DNA of 64,000 bases, from positions 1-64,000 of the IMG/VR virus record IMGVR_UViG_2936413993_000002; one strand, 5' to 3'. Position 1 is the stretch's first letter; each line of letters starts with the position of its first letter. Position numbers and translations under genes: made by a program. Source of the DNA: a virus. Taxonomy: Duplodnaviria > Caudoviricetes. The notes under the pieces are model-generated. The model ran no database searches. It was given only the letters and a program-made list of their open reading frames with translations, and had not been told where the DNA came from. Below are positions 1-10,819 of this stretch, one piece after another.

Positions 1-144
1 ATGAGACTAGGTGAAAGAGTTATTAAATTAAACAGCTTATATATAATGTTGGACAATAAAAATCTTTTTAAGAACCTATGGTCATATAATGCATCAATTG
101 CCATATCTGATGCAGTTAAGAAATTTAACGTTATCACAGAGTGA
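1..144 (+). CDS. Probable 3' end of a hypothetical protein cut by the window edge
   Basis: Frame 1 is open from base 1 to TGA at 142-144. Confidence 0.35.
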   Translation: MRLGERVIKLNSLYIMLDNKNLFKNLWSYNASIAISDAVKKFNVITE

Positions 145-548
145 TAAAAATGGTGATTATTTTATAAAAAGTTGAGAAAAGGAAGTGCTAGAAACCGTGG
201 TATATGTGAGTTCTAGGGATATTGAATTGTATTATGCTGATACCGATATGATGGGGGTTATTTGAAGTATTTTCGTTAAATATACAGGTTTAGAAACGTT
301 GATATAGAGCCAAAAAGCTTGTCCTATAAGGTTTTCGTATGATAAATTATCATTTGTGACTTCTTCCTAAGCTTTCCTAAAACGTCCTAAAAAATTACTA
401 AATGCGGTGATTTTATATGTGATTTCTAGGCGTTTTTGGACAAGTTGTGATTTTTCTTGTGATTTTAAATCATATATAAATATGCGTCGGTTTGTATATG
501 AATTTATAACAAGTTACTTGAAGGAGACTCTTCGAGGGAGGTGTTTTT

Positions 549-1283
549 TTGTTTTCTGAAAGTGAATTGTCTTGGATGAGAGAAGTATTAAAGGATGATG
601 GAGTGCTCAGAATTTCACCATCATACTTTTATAAGTTGAAAACGGATTATGAGAGAAACTCAAAAAGAGAACAAACAAGAAAAGAGCTAGACTTAATCAG
701 AAATAGAAATAAGAAATACTCTCCTGAAGATTTGTTAAAACTTAAAAATTATAATATAAGAAGACAATTAAACATGGAAGATATTGCAGGAATATACGTA
801 ATTCATAATGTGGATTTAGATAAATACTATATTGGTCAAGCTAAGAGTATATTTGATAGAGTATATCAACATTTCAAAGCTAATTCGGGAAATGTAGAAG
901 TATTTGAAGATTTTAAGTTAGGTGATTATTTCGAGATCTCAATAATACCATTGGGTCAAGTTAACTTTGGGGATTTGAATGAATTAGAAGATAATGCAAT
1001 TAGGGCTTATAATTCTATGTATCCGAATGGATATAATAAGGTTATGGGGAATTTACCAACTAAAGTATTTTTTCTTAAAGAGGAATATAGTGAAGTAGCA
1101 ATGTTGATTTTAGATAGAATGGACACAGAACTATTAGATAGTTTAACAAATGTTAAAACTAGAAAACGGTTTTTATTTAAGTTGTACAAAGAGTATAACT
1201 TACCTAGTAATGGTAATTTTCATTCGAACTTCATTAAACTACTTACTGAATATAATAAGCAGAAAAAAGGTAATAAAATTTAA
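549..1283 (+). CDS. GIY-YIG nuclease domain protein
   Basis: Motif AGIYVIHN...YYIGQA...R..QH with later E and GYN; GGAGG RBS before the TTG start. Confidence 0.8.
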   Translation: MFSESELSWMREVLKDDGVLRISPSYFYKLKTDYERNSKREQTRKELDLIRNRNKKYSPEDLLKLKNYNIRRQLNMEDIAGIYVIHNVDLDKYYIGQAKSIFDRVYQHFKANSGNVEVFEDFKLGDYFEISIIPLGQVNFGDLNELEDNAIRAYNSMYPNGYNKVMGNLPTKVFFLKEEYSEVAMLILDRMDTELLDSLTNVKTRKRFLFKLYKEYNLPSNGNFHSNFIKLLTEYNKQKKGNKI

Positions 1284-1345
1284 CTTTTAAGAGCATATTA
1301 AAATTACCACTGTTTATCACCTTAGAGGTACATCATGAAGAATAG

Positions 1346-1386
1346 AAATCCAGTGAGGATACTCTCCATTTCCCTCACTGGATTTT
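1346..1386. terminator. Bidirectional intrinsic terminator between convergent genes
   Basis: AAATCCAGTGAGG...CCTCACTGGATTT inverted repeat. Confidence 0.7.
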
Positions 1387-1392
1387 CTTATA

Positions 1393-1725
1393 TTATTTTG
1401 CTGCAGACTTAACTTCTTTCACTACAGCTTCAATTAATTGATTCAACTCGTCTTCACTAATCTTAATTTTCTTAGATGCTAAGAGATCCAATAATTGTCC
1501 TTTTGCAATTTCGAATTTTTCTTCACCTTTTAATTCATGTGAAACTTGTTCCACAGCATTGACTACAATTTTAACTAGACCTTTATTATGTTCTAATTTA
1601 GCAAGCAAACCTTTTTGTTTTAAAAATTTTGTTACGTAAGTTGTGATAATACCAGCGAAAGCAACTAACACAGTTGATAATAATTCAATAAATTGACTTT
1701 GTAGTAATTGTTGAATAGCTTCCAT
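1393..1725 (-). CDS. Phage holin (LL-H family-like)
   Basis: One N-terminal TM segment, 'VNAVEQ..GEEK..IEAVV' pattern, directly downstream of the endolysin. Confidence 0.8.
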   Translation of the reverse strand: MEAIQQLLQSQFIELLSTVLVAFAGIITTYVTKFLKQKGLLAKLEHNKGLVKIVVNAVEQVSHELKGEEKFEIAKGQLLDLLASKKIKISEDELNQLIEAVVKEVKSAAK

Positions 1726-1793
1726 TTCATATTCCTCCTAAAATTTAATAAATAAAAAATCCCCAACTGAGCGAACAGAAGGGGATGATCATA

Positions 1794-2966
1794 TTAAGAT
1801 AAGTCGCTAGTTTTAACCCATGAATAAATTTCCTTCAATAAAACTTTTCCACTATCGACTTGTTGAATTGTATATTTCTTACCTTTAATTGACTTAGGAA
1901 TACTTTCACCAGTAGCATATTTAGTTGCTGAAGATTTTAAAGTAACCTTAGTTCCAACTTTTATAGTAGGGGAAGAAGTAGTTTTTGTATTTACTTTAGC
2001 TCCACTAGTTAACTTTTCTAACAATTTAATATTTTGGTCAGCAGTACCTTTATAACCACTAATTCCATATTGTTTAGCTAATTTTTCACGATTAGAAAAG
2101 CTAGAATTCATTTTATTAGCATTCATCCAGTCAACTAAACCTAAATTCTTAGGGTTAGCGTTCGTTTTAGGAGTAGATTTAGATGAAGAAGCAGGTTTCT
2201 TTCCAGCCTGTAACAAATCAAGTAGTTTTTCATTTTGAGAAGCAGTACCACTATATTTAGCTATACCATACTCTTTGGCTAATTTAGTACGATTATTGTA
2301 ACTTGAATCCATTCCTTTAGACTTCATCCAATCAACCAATCCTAAGCTTGTAGATGGCTTAGAAGGGGTTTTAATCACTTCAGATTTAACTTCTTCTTTA
2401 GGAGCTTCAATAACTTTTTCGTCAGTTTTATTTCCACCTTTTAATGCTTTTAATTCATTCTCAATTGCTTTCAGGACTTCGTTCCATCTACCAGCATCTA
2501 ATACTCTATGAGGGCAATTTTTAACATAAGTGGAGTAACCTTTTTTGACCCCAATTTCAGTCCATGATTTATGAGTACGAACTTTATCAACTCCCCAATT
2601 ACGTTCGTGTAAAAGTTGAGCGATAAATTTAATTGCTAAGGCTTCAGCTTTTTTATATTTTTCTCCACCAGATTTAGAATAACAAACTTCAATACCAATT
2701 GATTTTCTATTTCCATCACCTTCAGAACTATCACCAGTATGCCATGCGTTACGGTTGAGAGGGAGTCCCTGTACGACTTCTTTATCATCAATAGCAAAGT
2801 GGAAAGATACTTCACTGTTGTTACCGATCATATATTTGACCTCGTTTTGTGCACTAGCATCGTTTGCAGTATTATGGAAAGTTATGTACTCAGCGTCCAT
2901 AGAGTAGGGGCATTTGATACTGTACTTAGAAGACGAAACCAACATTTCTTTTATTTTTATACTCAT
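1794..2966 (-). CDS. Endolysin: N-acetylmuramoyl-L-alanine amidase (Amidase_2, XlyA/CwlA-like) with two DUF3597-like repeats and a C-terminal SH3-like domain
   Basis: ITFHNTAND, SFHFAIDD, AWHTGD, SIGIEVC and KNCPH motifs; duplicated 'LGLVDWM...MDSS..NR.KLA..YGI..Y.GTA.QN..LL'. Confidence 0.9.
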   Translation of the reverse strand: MSIKIKEMLVSSSKYSIKCPYSMDAEYITFHNTANDASAQNEVKYMIGNNSEVSFHFAIDDKEVVQGLPLNRNAWHTGDSSEGDGNRKSIGIEVCYSKSGGEKYKKAEALAIKFIAQLLHERNWGVDKVRTHKSWTEIGVKKGYSTYVKNCPHRVLDAGRWNEVLKAIENELKALKGGNKTDEKVIEAPKEEVKSEVIKTPSKPSTSLGLVDWMKSKGMDSSYNNRTKLAKEYGIAKYSGTASQNEKLLDLLQAGKKPASSSKSTPKTNANPKNLGLVDWMNANKMNSSFSNREKLAKQYGISGYKGTADQNIKLLEKLTSGAKVNTKTTSSPTIKVGTKVTLKSSATKYATGESIPKSIKGKKYTIQQVDSGKVLLKEIYSWVKTSDLS

Positions 2967-3081
2967 TAAAAATTCCTCCTAATTATTTTTTTTGCATATA
3001 AAAAAAAGAGTCTCCGATTTCTCAGAAACTCCTTAAATGCCAAACTATTAATTTGCTTTTTTACACTTCTATAAAAACATA

Positions 3082-3110
3082 TTGTAAATATAATAAATGT
3101 TCTTTAAAAT
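3082..3110 (+). promoter_or_regulatory. Sigma-A-like promoter of the acyltransferase moron
   Basis: TTGTAA-17 bp-TAAAAT. Confidence 0.55.
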
Positions 3111-3145
3111 GAACGTTATAGTACACAATAAAGAAACGTTGAGGT

Positions 3146-4261
3146 GTGAAAATGAAAAAAGAGATAATAAACGAAATATTCTTATTGAGAAGTATTTCAT
3201 GTTTAGCGGTCGTGTTAATTCATTCTATTGGATTTGCATTAGAAAACGTCGATCATTATAATTCACTAGATGAAAAGATGTTAGCAATTATTAGAACCAT
3301 TTTAAATTTTGGAACACCAACTTTTATTTTCATTTCTGAATTTTTACTAGCTAAATCATACCCGGATAAAGTTCCAAAAGGCTTCTTTATAAAAAGGTTT
3401 AAATTTTTATTAATTCCTTATATTTTTATGGCTTTCTTTTACGCATTGATCGATATTCAAAATAATGAGATGCCGTTTTTGTTTTCTAATATTCTAATAG
3501 AAACTTTCAAAAATATTTTTCTAGCTGACTACACAGGATATTTTGTTGTGATCATCTTCCAGTTCTATATTCTTCACACATTATTAAATAAAACTTTAAA
3601 GAAGTATAAACCAACAATGGTGCTAAGTATTTCTTTACTTATTAATCTAATTTACTTAGGCTTTTTCAATTTTACAAACCCGCTATCAGAATATATCTGG
3701 TATTATTCTAGTTGGATGCCGTTTGTAGGATGGGTGTTTTATTTTACAATGGGATATTATTGTGGCACCAATTACCGATATTTTAAAACTTTGTTGAATA
3801 AGTATAAATTGTTAGTATATATAATGCCCATATTGACGCTAATATTTGTACTTGGTTTACGATACACAGGGTTACTAACAATACCGTCTTCTAAGACAGT
3901 AGGGATACTAATATTTACACCAGCAATGATTTGTTTGATTGTACACATATCTTTAAAAATGAAGAGAATACCTTATCTAATGCTTATAATAAATAATTAT
4001 TCATTTAGTATATACTTATTACATATTGCATTAATCAATGTACTAAGTCCTCTAATAAACAAACTTTCGTTTTTAAATATATACCTGTTTACAATGGTTA
4101 TCTTTTTAATAGCTCTATCTACGTCCATACTAGTAGCTATATTATTTAATAAATTACCTTATGGGAAATATGTAATTGGAAATATACAGAGATCAATAAC
4201 ACTTCCAAAACGACAAGAAAACACCTATGTATCACTGCTAAGAAAATTCAAAATTATTTAA
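3146..4261 (+). CDS. Membrane acyltransferase (Acyl_transf_3; IcaC/YfiQ-like)
   Basis: About 10 hydrophobic segments; LRSISCLAVVLIH, FGTPTFIFISEFLL and YSFSIYLLH motifs. Confidence 0.85.
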   Translation: MKMKKEIINEIFLLRSISCLAVVLIHSIGFALENVDHYNSLDEKMLAIIRTILNFGTPTFIFISEFLLAKSYPDKVPKGFFIKRFKFLLIPYIFMAFFYALIDIQNNEMPFLFSNILIETFKNIFLADYTGYFVVIIFQFYILHTLLNKTLKKYKPTMVLSISLLINLIYLGFFNFTNPLSEYIWYYSSWMPFVGWVFYFTMGYYCGTNYRYFKTLLNKYKLLVYIMPILTLIFVLGLRYTGLLTIPSSKTVGILIFTPAMICLIVHISLKMKRIPYLMLIINNYSFSIYLLHIALINVLSPLINKLSFLNIYLFTMVIFLIALSTSILVAILFNKLPYGKYVIGNIQRSITLPKRQENTYVSLLRKFKII

Positions 4262-4265
4262 TGAC

Positions 4266-4296
4266 AAAAAGAGTTCTCTAAACAAATAGAGAACTC
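4266..4296 (-). terminator. Intrinsic terminator between acyltransferase and SGNH genes
   Basis: GAGTTCTCTA/TAGAGAACTC stem with a U-tract on the minus strand. Confidence 0.65.
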
Positions 4297-5044
4297 ATAA
4301 ATTTGTAACTAAATCTAATGATTGAAGCGATATAGTATCGTAAATGTAATCAGCAATTTTTTCATGTCCGCTTTGATTAGGGTGGAAGTGGTCAGAAAAA
4401 TAATCGTCCCATTTATTTAAAAGAATTGATATATCTACAAGCTTTATTCTATTCTCGAATTTAGTAGAATAATCAAAAATCCATCCCTTGTATTTTTCCA
4501 AAGAAGAGAGGGAGCAGGGATAATAACGTTCATCTATACCACAATGTGATACGAGAATAATATCTGCTTTAGTATTATTAACCAAACTCTCAATAAACTG
4601 ACTAAAGTAAATCTTAAAGTCTTCCAGTGGAGTCAATTGCATCCCACCATCGTATTCAATCAATTTATTCTTGACTCTCCATCTAAGAGCAGACTCTATT
4701 TTTTGATATTTACATTTAAATAATTTAGAAGAAAAATACGGTCTTGGGTCTAACCAACCAATTTTTCTATATTTTTTAGGCATAAATTTCAAAGAATTAT
4801 TAGTAGGACGAACAATTGATTCAGTTATCCCATGCATAACAAATACATAGTTAGGATTTAAAGATATAATATCTTCAAGCTTATAAGCAGATTCTTTAAT
4901 TTGCATAGCACTTCCTGCGAAATTAAACAACTCTGTTTCCAAATTAGCAATATTGTTGAATTTTTGAGCAATTAAATCAATGTACGAATGATCACTAACC
5001 CCTAGACCTTGGGTAATAGAGTCCCCACAAGAAACAATTTTCAA
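4295..5044 (-). CDS. SGNH/GDSL hydrolase (esterase)
   Basis: Block I GDSITQG and block V DHFHPN. Confidence 0.85.
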   Translation of the reverse strand: MKIVSCGDSITQGLGVSDHSYIDLIAQKFNNIANLETELFNFAGSAMQIKESAYKLEDIISLNPNYVFVMHGITESIVRPTNNSLKFMPKKYRKIGWLDPRPYFSSKLFKCKYQKIESALRWRVKNKLIEYDGGMQLTPLEDFKIYFSQFIESLVNNTKADIILVSHCGIDERYYPCSLSSLEKYKGWIFDYSTKFENRIKLVDISILLNKWDDYFSDHFHPNQSGHEKIADYIYDTISLQSLDLVTNL

Positions 5045-5116
5045 TTCATACCACCCCTTTGGTTAATACCATAATTATACAATGGTCTAACCAATATTAT
5101 CCAATGTTTTTTTAAA

Positions 5117-6475
5117 TTAAACCCCTTGAATAATAATATTAGAATTGTAAACTAAGCCCGAAGCTATTTTAGAAATAGTGATATCATTTCGAGTAACAGA
5201 TATTGGGATGTCGGTTGGATTTAGAATATATGGGTTAGTTACAAACGGGATATCAAATGATAAGGTAAGGTTGGCATCTGCATCATGTTTAAAGTTCGAT
5301 AGTCTAACTACGTATGTTTTAATATCAGGACTTGCGATACTTTGGTGCAATCTCATACTACCCGAAGTGCTTCCATTAAGAGATTTAATTGTAATGTCGT
5401 TTGGATATAGCAAATTGGTAAATGGGAAGTCAGATACATTGAATTTACCAATCCAACGTGCAGTATTTTGTGCTATCTTAAAAGCTTTATTAGAACCATT
5501 TCCTTTAAAAGGATTAAGTCCTGGTTCGTATATTATAACATCATGACAGTATCCCACGACCACCGATGATTCTGCGACTCTTGATTGGATTTTATAAGAT
5601 GAATTCCATGAAAAACCAACATCAATAAATTTTGAATTACTTATGCCACTTCCGTTTATATTGGAGTACTGTTCAGTGTATATGGCAGCATTACCGATAG
5701 ATTCAAATCTTACGTGATCAAATAATACATCTACTATAAAATCTTTATTTGTAGCTGTTCCCTGTTCCTGATATATTCCATAAGGAGCAAATCCTACATG
5801 AGTTCTAAGGATAGTGCCTCCACCAGACATATTCGCGTCAGAAGAAACCCCAATACTTGCCATTTGAGCACCTGAAAAATCACAGTCAAAATAAAAATTA
5901 TCTCCATTATCCTTTTGTATGAATAGATTGTAAAAATTATTGGTACTTTTAACGTTCACTAAACTACAATGACCACCAATTGTATCTATTATTACACCTT
6001 TATCAAACCGCTCAACTCGAACATTTTCAATCTTTTGTGAACCTATAATTTGTATACCATCACCATTAGCATTTTTAGTGCCAATGACCCAACTGCCTTT
6101 ACCAACTAAACTAAAATCTCTTAAGGTACATTCTCTTCGTAAAGTACTAGGGTTGGTAATTATAGCTGGAACGTTAGTGCCTAATGATTTAGTAAGTCTT
6201 AACTTAGTGGCTTGTATCCCTGAACCTTCAAGGATTATTCCTCCTAAATTTAACTGACTTGAAAAGTTATATGTGCCTTTCGAAAGCTTTAATTTTCCAC
6301 TTCCTCCGTTGAAAAAGTTAATTGCTTTAATGAATGCTGCAGTACTATCATAACCAGGTGATTCTTCATCGATTTTAGCGCCAAACATTTCTAAAGAGAT
6401 AAACCCTTCGATCTTTTTATTAATATTTTTTATTTTTGAATCTGAATTGTTAGGGTCTAAATAAAAACCAGACAT
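5117..6475 (-). CDS. Pectate-lyase-like beta-helix protein (putative depolymerase / receptor-binding protein)
   Basis: 'SLEMFGAK..DSTAAF..AI...GTY' N-terminus typical of Pectate_lyase_3; N/G-rich beta-helix repeats. Confidence 0.7.
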   Translation of the reverse strand: MSGFYLDPNNSDSKIKNINKKIEGFISLEMFGAKIDEESPGYDSTAAFIKAINFFNGGSGKLKLSKGTYNFSSQLNLGGIILEGSGIQATKLRLTKSLGTNVPAIITNPSTLRRECTLRDFSLVGKGSWVIGTKNANGDGIQIIGSQKIENVRVERFDKGVIIDTIGGHCSLVNVKSTNNFYNLFIQKDNGDNFYFDCDFSGAQMASIGVSSDANMSGGGTILRTHVGFAPYGIYQEQGTATNKDFIVDVLFDHVRFESIGNAAIYTEQYSNINGSGISNSKFIDVGFSWNSSYKIQSRVAESSVVVGYCHDVIIYEPGLNPFKGNGSNKAFKIAQNTARWIGKFNVSDFPFTNLLYPNDITIKSLNGSTSGSMRLHQSIASPDIKTYVVRLSNFKHDADANLTLSFDIPFVTNPYILNPTDIPISVTRNDITISKIASGLVYNSNIIIQGV

Positions 6476-6491
6476 AAATTCACCTCCTTTG

Positions 6492-6782
6492 CTAGTATGC
6501 AGCAGACCAAATATACTGAATTCCAGGCTCCTCTATTTTGAAACTATATATTTTAGGATCAACCTCATTGGAAGTAAAACCTTGCCCAGCTTCTCTAAAT
6601 TGTCTAGAGCCGTTAACAACTATATGACAATCTTGATAATTCTTAAAAGAAAACTTATAAAAACTAAATTTAACATTTATCCATTTTTCGTCTGTTGGAG
6701 GTACAATTTCTGTATTTTCTGTAGAGGTAAGGATATCTTCTGCACCCATAAAACCAGAACCAATTTGAACCGTCATGATCAA
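6492..6782 (-). CDS. Small hypothetical phage protein
   Basis: AGGAGG RBS; co-oriented with the downstream beta-helix gene. Confidence 0.65.
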   Translation of the reverse strand: MIMTVQIGSGFMGAEDILTSTENTEIVPPTDEKWINVKFSFYKFSFKNYQDCHIVVNGSRQFREAGQGFTSNEVDPKIYSFKIEEPGIQYIWSAAY

Positions 6783-6896
6783 ACCTCCTTATAAAAAAAA
6801 TAAAGAGTCTTCGTATTAACGAAAACTCTAAAATTACTAAATTAAAGTATAGAGGAGGGGACTTACAATAAAAGTCACCTTTTAACATGATTATAT

Positions 6897-7271
6897 TTAA
6901 CTAATTGAATAAGTTTGATAATCTTCGTCTTCTAATACATCAATTGCACCCTCGAATTCTGGCAATGTTTTAAGATATTCGTACCCTTGTTTAAAGTTAT
7001 TAGGGGAGTCAAACGAAACAGAAGGGTTAAACGAATATACCCTTGTCTCTAATACGTATTTTTTAGTGTTATCTTTGTAAACTGATAAGACAATATCCAT
7101 TTTCTCCTTATTTCCTTCAATTTTGACTATTTGAAAATACGCATCTTTTACAACTAGAGTTTCTGTTATCTGTTCTTTAACTTCATTAAATTCAGACTTG
7201 AATTTAGGATCTAATTGTATTTTTGTATTGATGTAAGTTAACTCATAATTATAATTCATGACAAGCGCCAA
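6897..7271 (-). CDS. Hypothetical protein, possible tail-fibre accessory/chaperone
   Basis: AGGAG RBS; 'QGYEYLKTLPEFEGAID' C-terminus; follows a spike-like gene. Confidence 0.6.
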   Translation of the reverse strand: MALVMNYNYELTYINTKIQLDPKFKSEFNEVKEQITETLVVKDAYFQIVKIEGNKEKMDIVLSVYKDNTKKYVLETRVYSFNPSVSFDSPNNFKQGYEYLKTLPEFEGAIDVLEDEDYQTYSIS

Positions 7272-7297
7272 TTTTAAACACTCCTTTCTTCATTTAA

Positions 7298-9541
7298 TTA
7301 CCTAGTTACTTTCATAGTCAGCTTAGAAGTAGTGGTCGGAGATTTACTGAATTTTATTGTATATCCTGTTGTTGATTTTGATTCTAACCACCAACTACCA
7401 TAATCCCATTCAAAGAAAGGATACACATCATAATCTGTATCCGGTTGCAATCTTTCAGGGGTAAATAAGTACTTATATTCTGTCCATCCTGTAGGTATAC
7501 TCAAACTGATTCTAGGTACATTGTAGTTTTTCAATCTTGTTGGTTCATCCGTTTCGGATAAATCAATGTTCCCATCTTTTGCTATAAAAGTAGGCTCCAT
7601 AAGTCCTGCTTTGTAAAAAGCTCCTACTTTCCCACGGAAAAGGTTATTTACCGCAATAATATTTACATTAAAAGAGTTAATTTCTGTACGTATCCATCGC
7701 ATTTTACCCATAGAATAAAACATATTACCATCTAAAATAATAAGATATGAGGAGATATCATCAACATTTGATATAGCGAAAAAGTTTTTAGCGTCAGATG
7801 CATTAATTGATTCATCGAACTTACTATTTTTTATACGTAAAACTCCAGCAGCCATAGAATTGCTCGCAAGAACTGTGTCATCTCCAATACTCGTTGTATT
7901 GGTTAGATTAAACCCGAGATTTGTTAGGATACTATCATTAATAGTAGTATCTGTACATTTAGCTATAGTAATTAACATTACATCGCTTCGGAGATTCCGA
8001 ACATATGGCACATTGCTAATCCGAACCTTTTTGTATGCATCAATCTCAAATAATTTATTTGTCCACTCCTGACGGGGATTGTTTTCGTTTGTTATCTCTA
8101 TAGACGTGTTATCAAGAATGAAGGCGGTTTGCATATACACTCCCCGATAAGCAGCAGCAAAATTGTATTTGGTTCTTTTGAATACTAACTTACTATTAAG
8201 TATTTCAATGTGCGGACTTTTTGTAACTCTCATCGCATCCATGTATATCAGTGAATTATTTACATGGATTCTTTGCGCCCAAGCCATTTGCAAACTACCT
8301 TTGCAATTATCTAATGAAATATTTCCTACCATGTCTGGAAATTCGTTGATTCCATTACTTGCTAAGAAGTTACCCACGCAATTAACATAAGTAATATCAA
8401 ACTCGCCCATCCCGTGGCAATCGAACGCTCCATGCCAATCGTTTATCATTCTTGCATTCTCTACTCGCATATGTCCACTTGATGTAAAATCAATTAGATG
8501 ACGTAGAAAATATCCACGAACGTTTTTGATTGACCCATGAACACTTGACATAATTTGCATACCGTATCCGCAACCTGCTGTTACAGTTCGTGCATAACTA
8601 GCAAGAAAGTTATCAATTATTGGATTGTAAACATTGCGCATCATCAACGCTGGAAATCGATGTTTTGAAGCTTTGTAGTTAAGTAATGTGAAATTAGTTG
8701 CGTAACGCACACTTATTCCAGCCACCCAACTGTCACGTTCACTATTATCAGTTATAGTTGAAGGAATAGGGGTATCGTTTATATCCTCAAATATCAAGTT
8801 TTCTATGGTTACATTATTTACTGGTTTTAATAAAGTGATATTCCCATTTACTTTATCAGGATTAAAACGAAGGTCTGAACAAACATCAATATACACATTA
8901 GCAGCATCGACATAGATAACACGCGCAATTGCATTCAACATGGATGGATTGTCACCATAATTCTTATCCCATGTGCCACTATGATTTCTTACATATACAG
9001 AAACAAAATCGCCTTTTTTAATTACATTTCCAATTGCCGTATTATCAGTTATGATTTTTGTCACTTGTGTAAATGGTTGTTTTAATCCCTTAAAATTATC
9101 ACCATTTGAATAAAACTCTTGATCAATAATTCCTTCATTAGAGATAATATCTACCACGTTTGTTTTAGTCGAATCAATTAGCTCTCCTCTAACAGTAATA
9201 GCTCCATATATTCTACCTGTACCATTATCAGAATCTAAACTTTCTGTTCCAGCGTAAAGTAATTTTGAACCATTAAAATCAATATGTATATCGTCTCTGG
9301 TAATAATTAAAGGTCTTGTGATTTTAAAAACTTTTTTATGAGGAAAACTCACCCTTGATCCAAATGGTAACGAATTGAATATACTTTGGAGAATAGTTGT
9401 TTCATCAGTTACTCCATCGCCTTTTGCACCTAACGATAATACGTTTGTGTTTATATCTTCTATTCGTATGGCAGTATTATTAAATTCTTGGTGTACATCA
9501 TCTCCTAACATAAACTTTGGTATTTTATTTAAATCAGCCAA
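7298..9541 (-). CDS. Pectate-lyase-like beta-helix tail spike / depolymerase
   Basis: 'NVLSLGAKGDGVTDET' Pectate_lyase_3 start and a long beta-helix-type body. Confidence 0.75.
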   Translation of the reverse strand: MADLNKIPKFMLGDDVHQEFNNTAIRIEDINTNVLSLGAKGDGVTDETTILQSIFNSLPFGSRVSFPHKKVFKITRPLIITRDDIHIDFNGSKLLYAGTESLDSDNGTGRIYGAITVRGELIDSTKTNVVDIISNEGIIDQEFYSNGDNFKGLKQPFTQVTKIITDNTAIGNVIKKGDFVSVYVRNHSGTWDKNYGDNPSMLNAIARVIYVDAANVYIDVCSDLRFNPDKVNGNITLLKPVNNVTIENLIFEDINDTPIPSTITDNSERDSWVAGISVRYATNFTLLNYKASKHRFPALMMRNVYNPIIDNFLASYARTVTAGCGYGMQIMSSVHGSIKNVRGYFLRHLIDFTSSGHMRVENARMINDWHGAFDCHGMGEFDITYVNCVGNFLASNGINEFPDMVGNISLDNCKGSLQMAWAQRIHVNNSLIYMDAMRVTKSPHIEILNSKLVFKRTKYNFAAAYRGVYMQTAFILDNTSIEITNENNPRQEWTNKLFEIDAYKKVRISNVPYVRNLRSDVMLITIAKCTDTTINDSILTNLGFNLTNTTSIGDDTVLASNSMAAGVLRIKNSKFDESINASDAKNFFAISNVDDISSYLIILDGNMFYSMGKMRWIRTEINSFNVNIIAVNNLFRGKVGAFYKAGLMEPTFIAKDGNIDLSETDEPTRLKNYNVPRISLSIPTGWTEYKYLFTPERLQPDTDYDVYPFFEWDYGSWWLESKSTTGYTIKFSKSPTTTSKLTMKVTR

Positions 9542-9724
9542 AGTTCTTCAACTCCGTTCTATTTTCATTTGTATTTCTCACATGATTAAAAAGAGAACCT
9601 TCGAATGAAGATTCTCTAACGTTTAACTATTCAATTCTTCTGCAATAAACATAATTAAAGATATATAGTAGAGTAGGGAGCCTCCTCTTTAATATAAAAT
9701 CGTAAAAAATAAAATGCTACCAAT

Positions 9725-10819
9725 CTATGAAACAATAATTGTTGTAAGTTTATTTATACTCTGAAGTGCCGATCTGTTATCTTGTTTTATAGACACTTCA
9801 ATTGTCCCACTTAGAGGGTTAATTGTATAAGAACCTGTAATTACATTATAAGTGAGTTCAGCAACATGTTCTTGACCCGTTCCTAGCCATATCTCAAACC
9901 TTTTTGTTTTTAAGTATCCCTGAATTAACATGTTGCCAGTTTCTTTTACAGACCATTGAGGGTATAGCTTATTAAGAATTGGTACCCCCCAATAGTCTCT
10001 TGTAAATCTTACAGGATTATTTTCACCAGGACTTGCATGAATCCATCTAGGGGTATTGTTTGGTGTTGTAACACTTAGATAATAGTTTGTTCGATTGTTT
10101 AAATCCATCTGTTCTTTTACAATTTGCGATTGAACTGGTGGAACGTTTGTATCCTCAGAATCATGGAACATCCATAAGAAACCATCTGTTAAATTTTTAG
10201 CTACCCCATATTGGTGTGCTCTTGAGTAGTAAGCTCCTAAGTTATTTGTTGGATTATATCCTACCCAATTTTCTAAAGAAGTCCTTCTACTTGGATTAGT
10301 AGCCCACCAACTATTTACTGGATTATATCCGTAATCAGAAATTCCAAAATGAGAAACTAAAGAATTAAAGTAATCAGGAAACTTAGCAGCAAGACCAAAT
10401 ACATTACCTCCACCACCACTATATCCAGCAACATGTATTTGACTAGGATCAACAACATCAGAAAAGTTGTTTTTAACATACTCAACCGCGTCGATAACAT
10501 CGTATAATTCTCTTGCGCTTACATCTACACTCCCTGTTGCTCCGTCTCTTCCGCGCATTCCCACCGCACAAGTGAAAAATCCATATTCAGCCATATCTTT
10601 CATAATTTGCGCTGTCATAGACTTTGAGTCTTGGGTGTACCCGTGCATTAAGATAACGATTGGTAAATTGGTATCAGACTTTTTATATGCATAATGGGCA
10701 TATAAATTTGAAATATCATCAATTGTGCTTGAATATTGAAAATCACCTGAGAACAGCAACTGATTTTGTTTTTTAATGACAGGTTTATAATTTATAGAAA
10801 AAGGATCATATAGTATCAT
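9725..10819 (-). CDS. Alpha/beta-hydrolase (S9 peptidase/esterase-like)
   Basis: ILMHGY oxyanion motif, GYSGGG nucleophile elbow, 'FHDSEDTNVP' acid, later His. Confidence 0.8.
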   Translation of the reverse strand: MILYDPFSINYKPVIKKQNQLLFSGDFQYSSTIDDISNLYAHYAYKKSDTNLPIVILMHGYTQDSKSMTAQIMKDMAEYGFFTCAVGMRGRDGATGSVDVSARELYDVIDAVEYVKNNFSDVVDPSQIHVAGYSGGGGNVFGLAAKFPDYFNSLVSHFGISDYGYNPVNSWWATNPSRRTSLENWVGYNPTNNLGAYYSRAHQYGVAKNLTDGFLWMFHDSEDTNVPPVQSQIVKEQMDLNNRTNYYLSVTTPNNTPRWIHASPGENNPVRFTRDYWGVPILNKLYPQWSVKETGNMLIQGYLKTKRFEIWLGTGQEHVAELTYNVITGSYTINPLSGTIEVSIKQDNRSALQSINKLTTIIVS

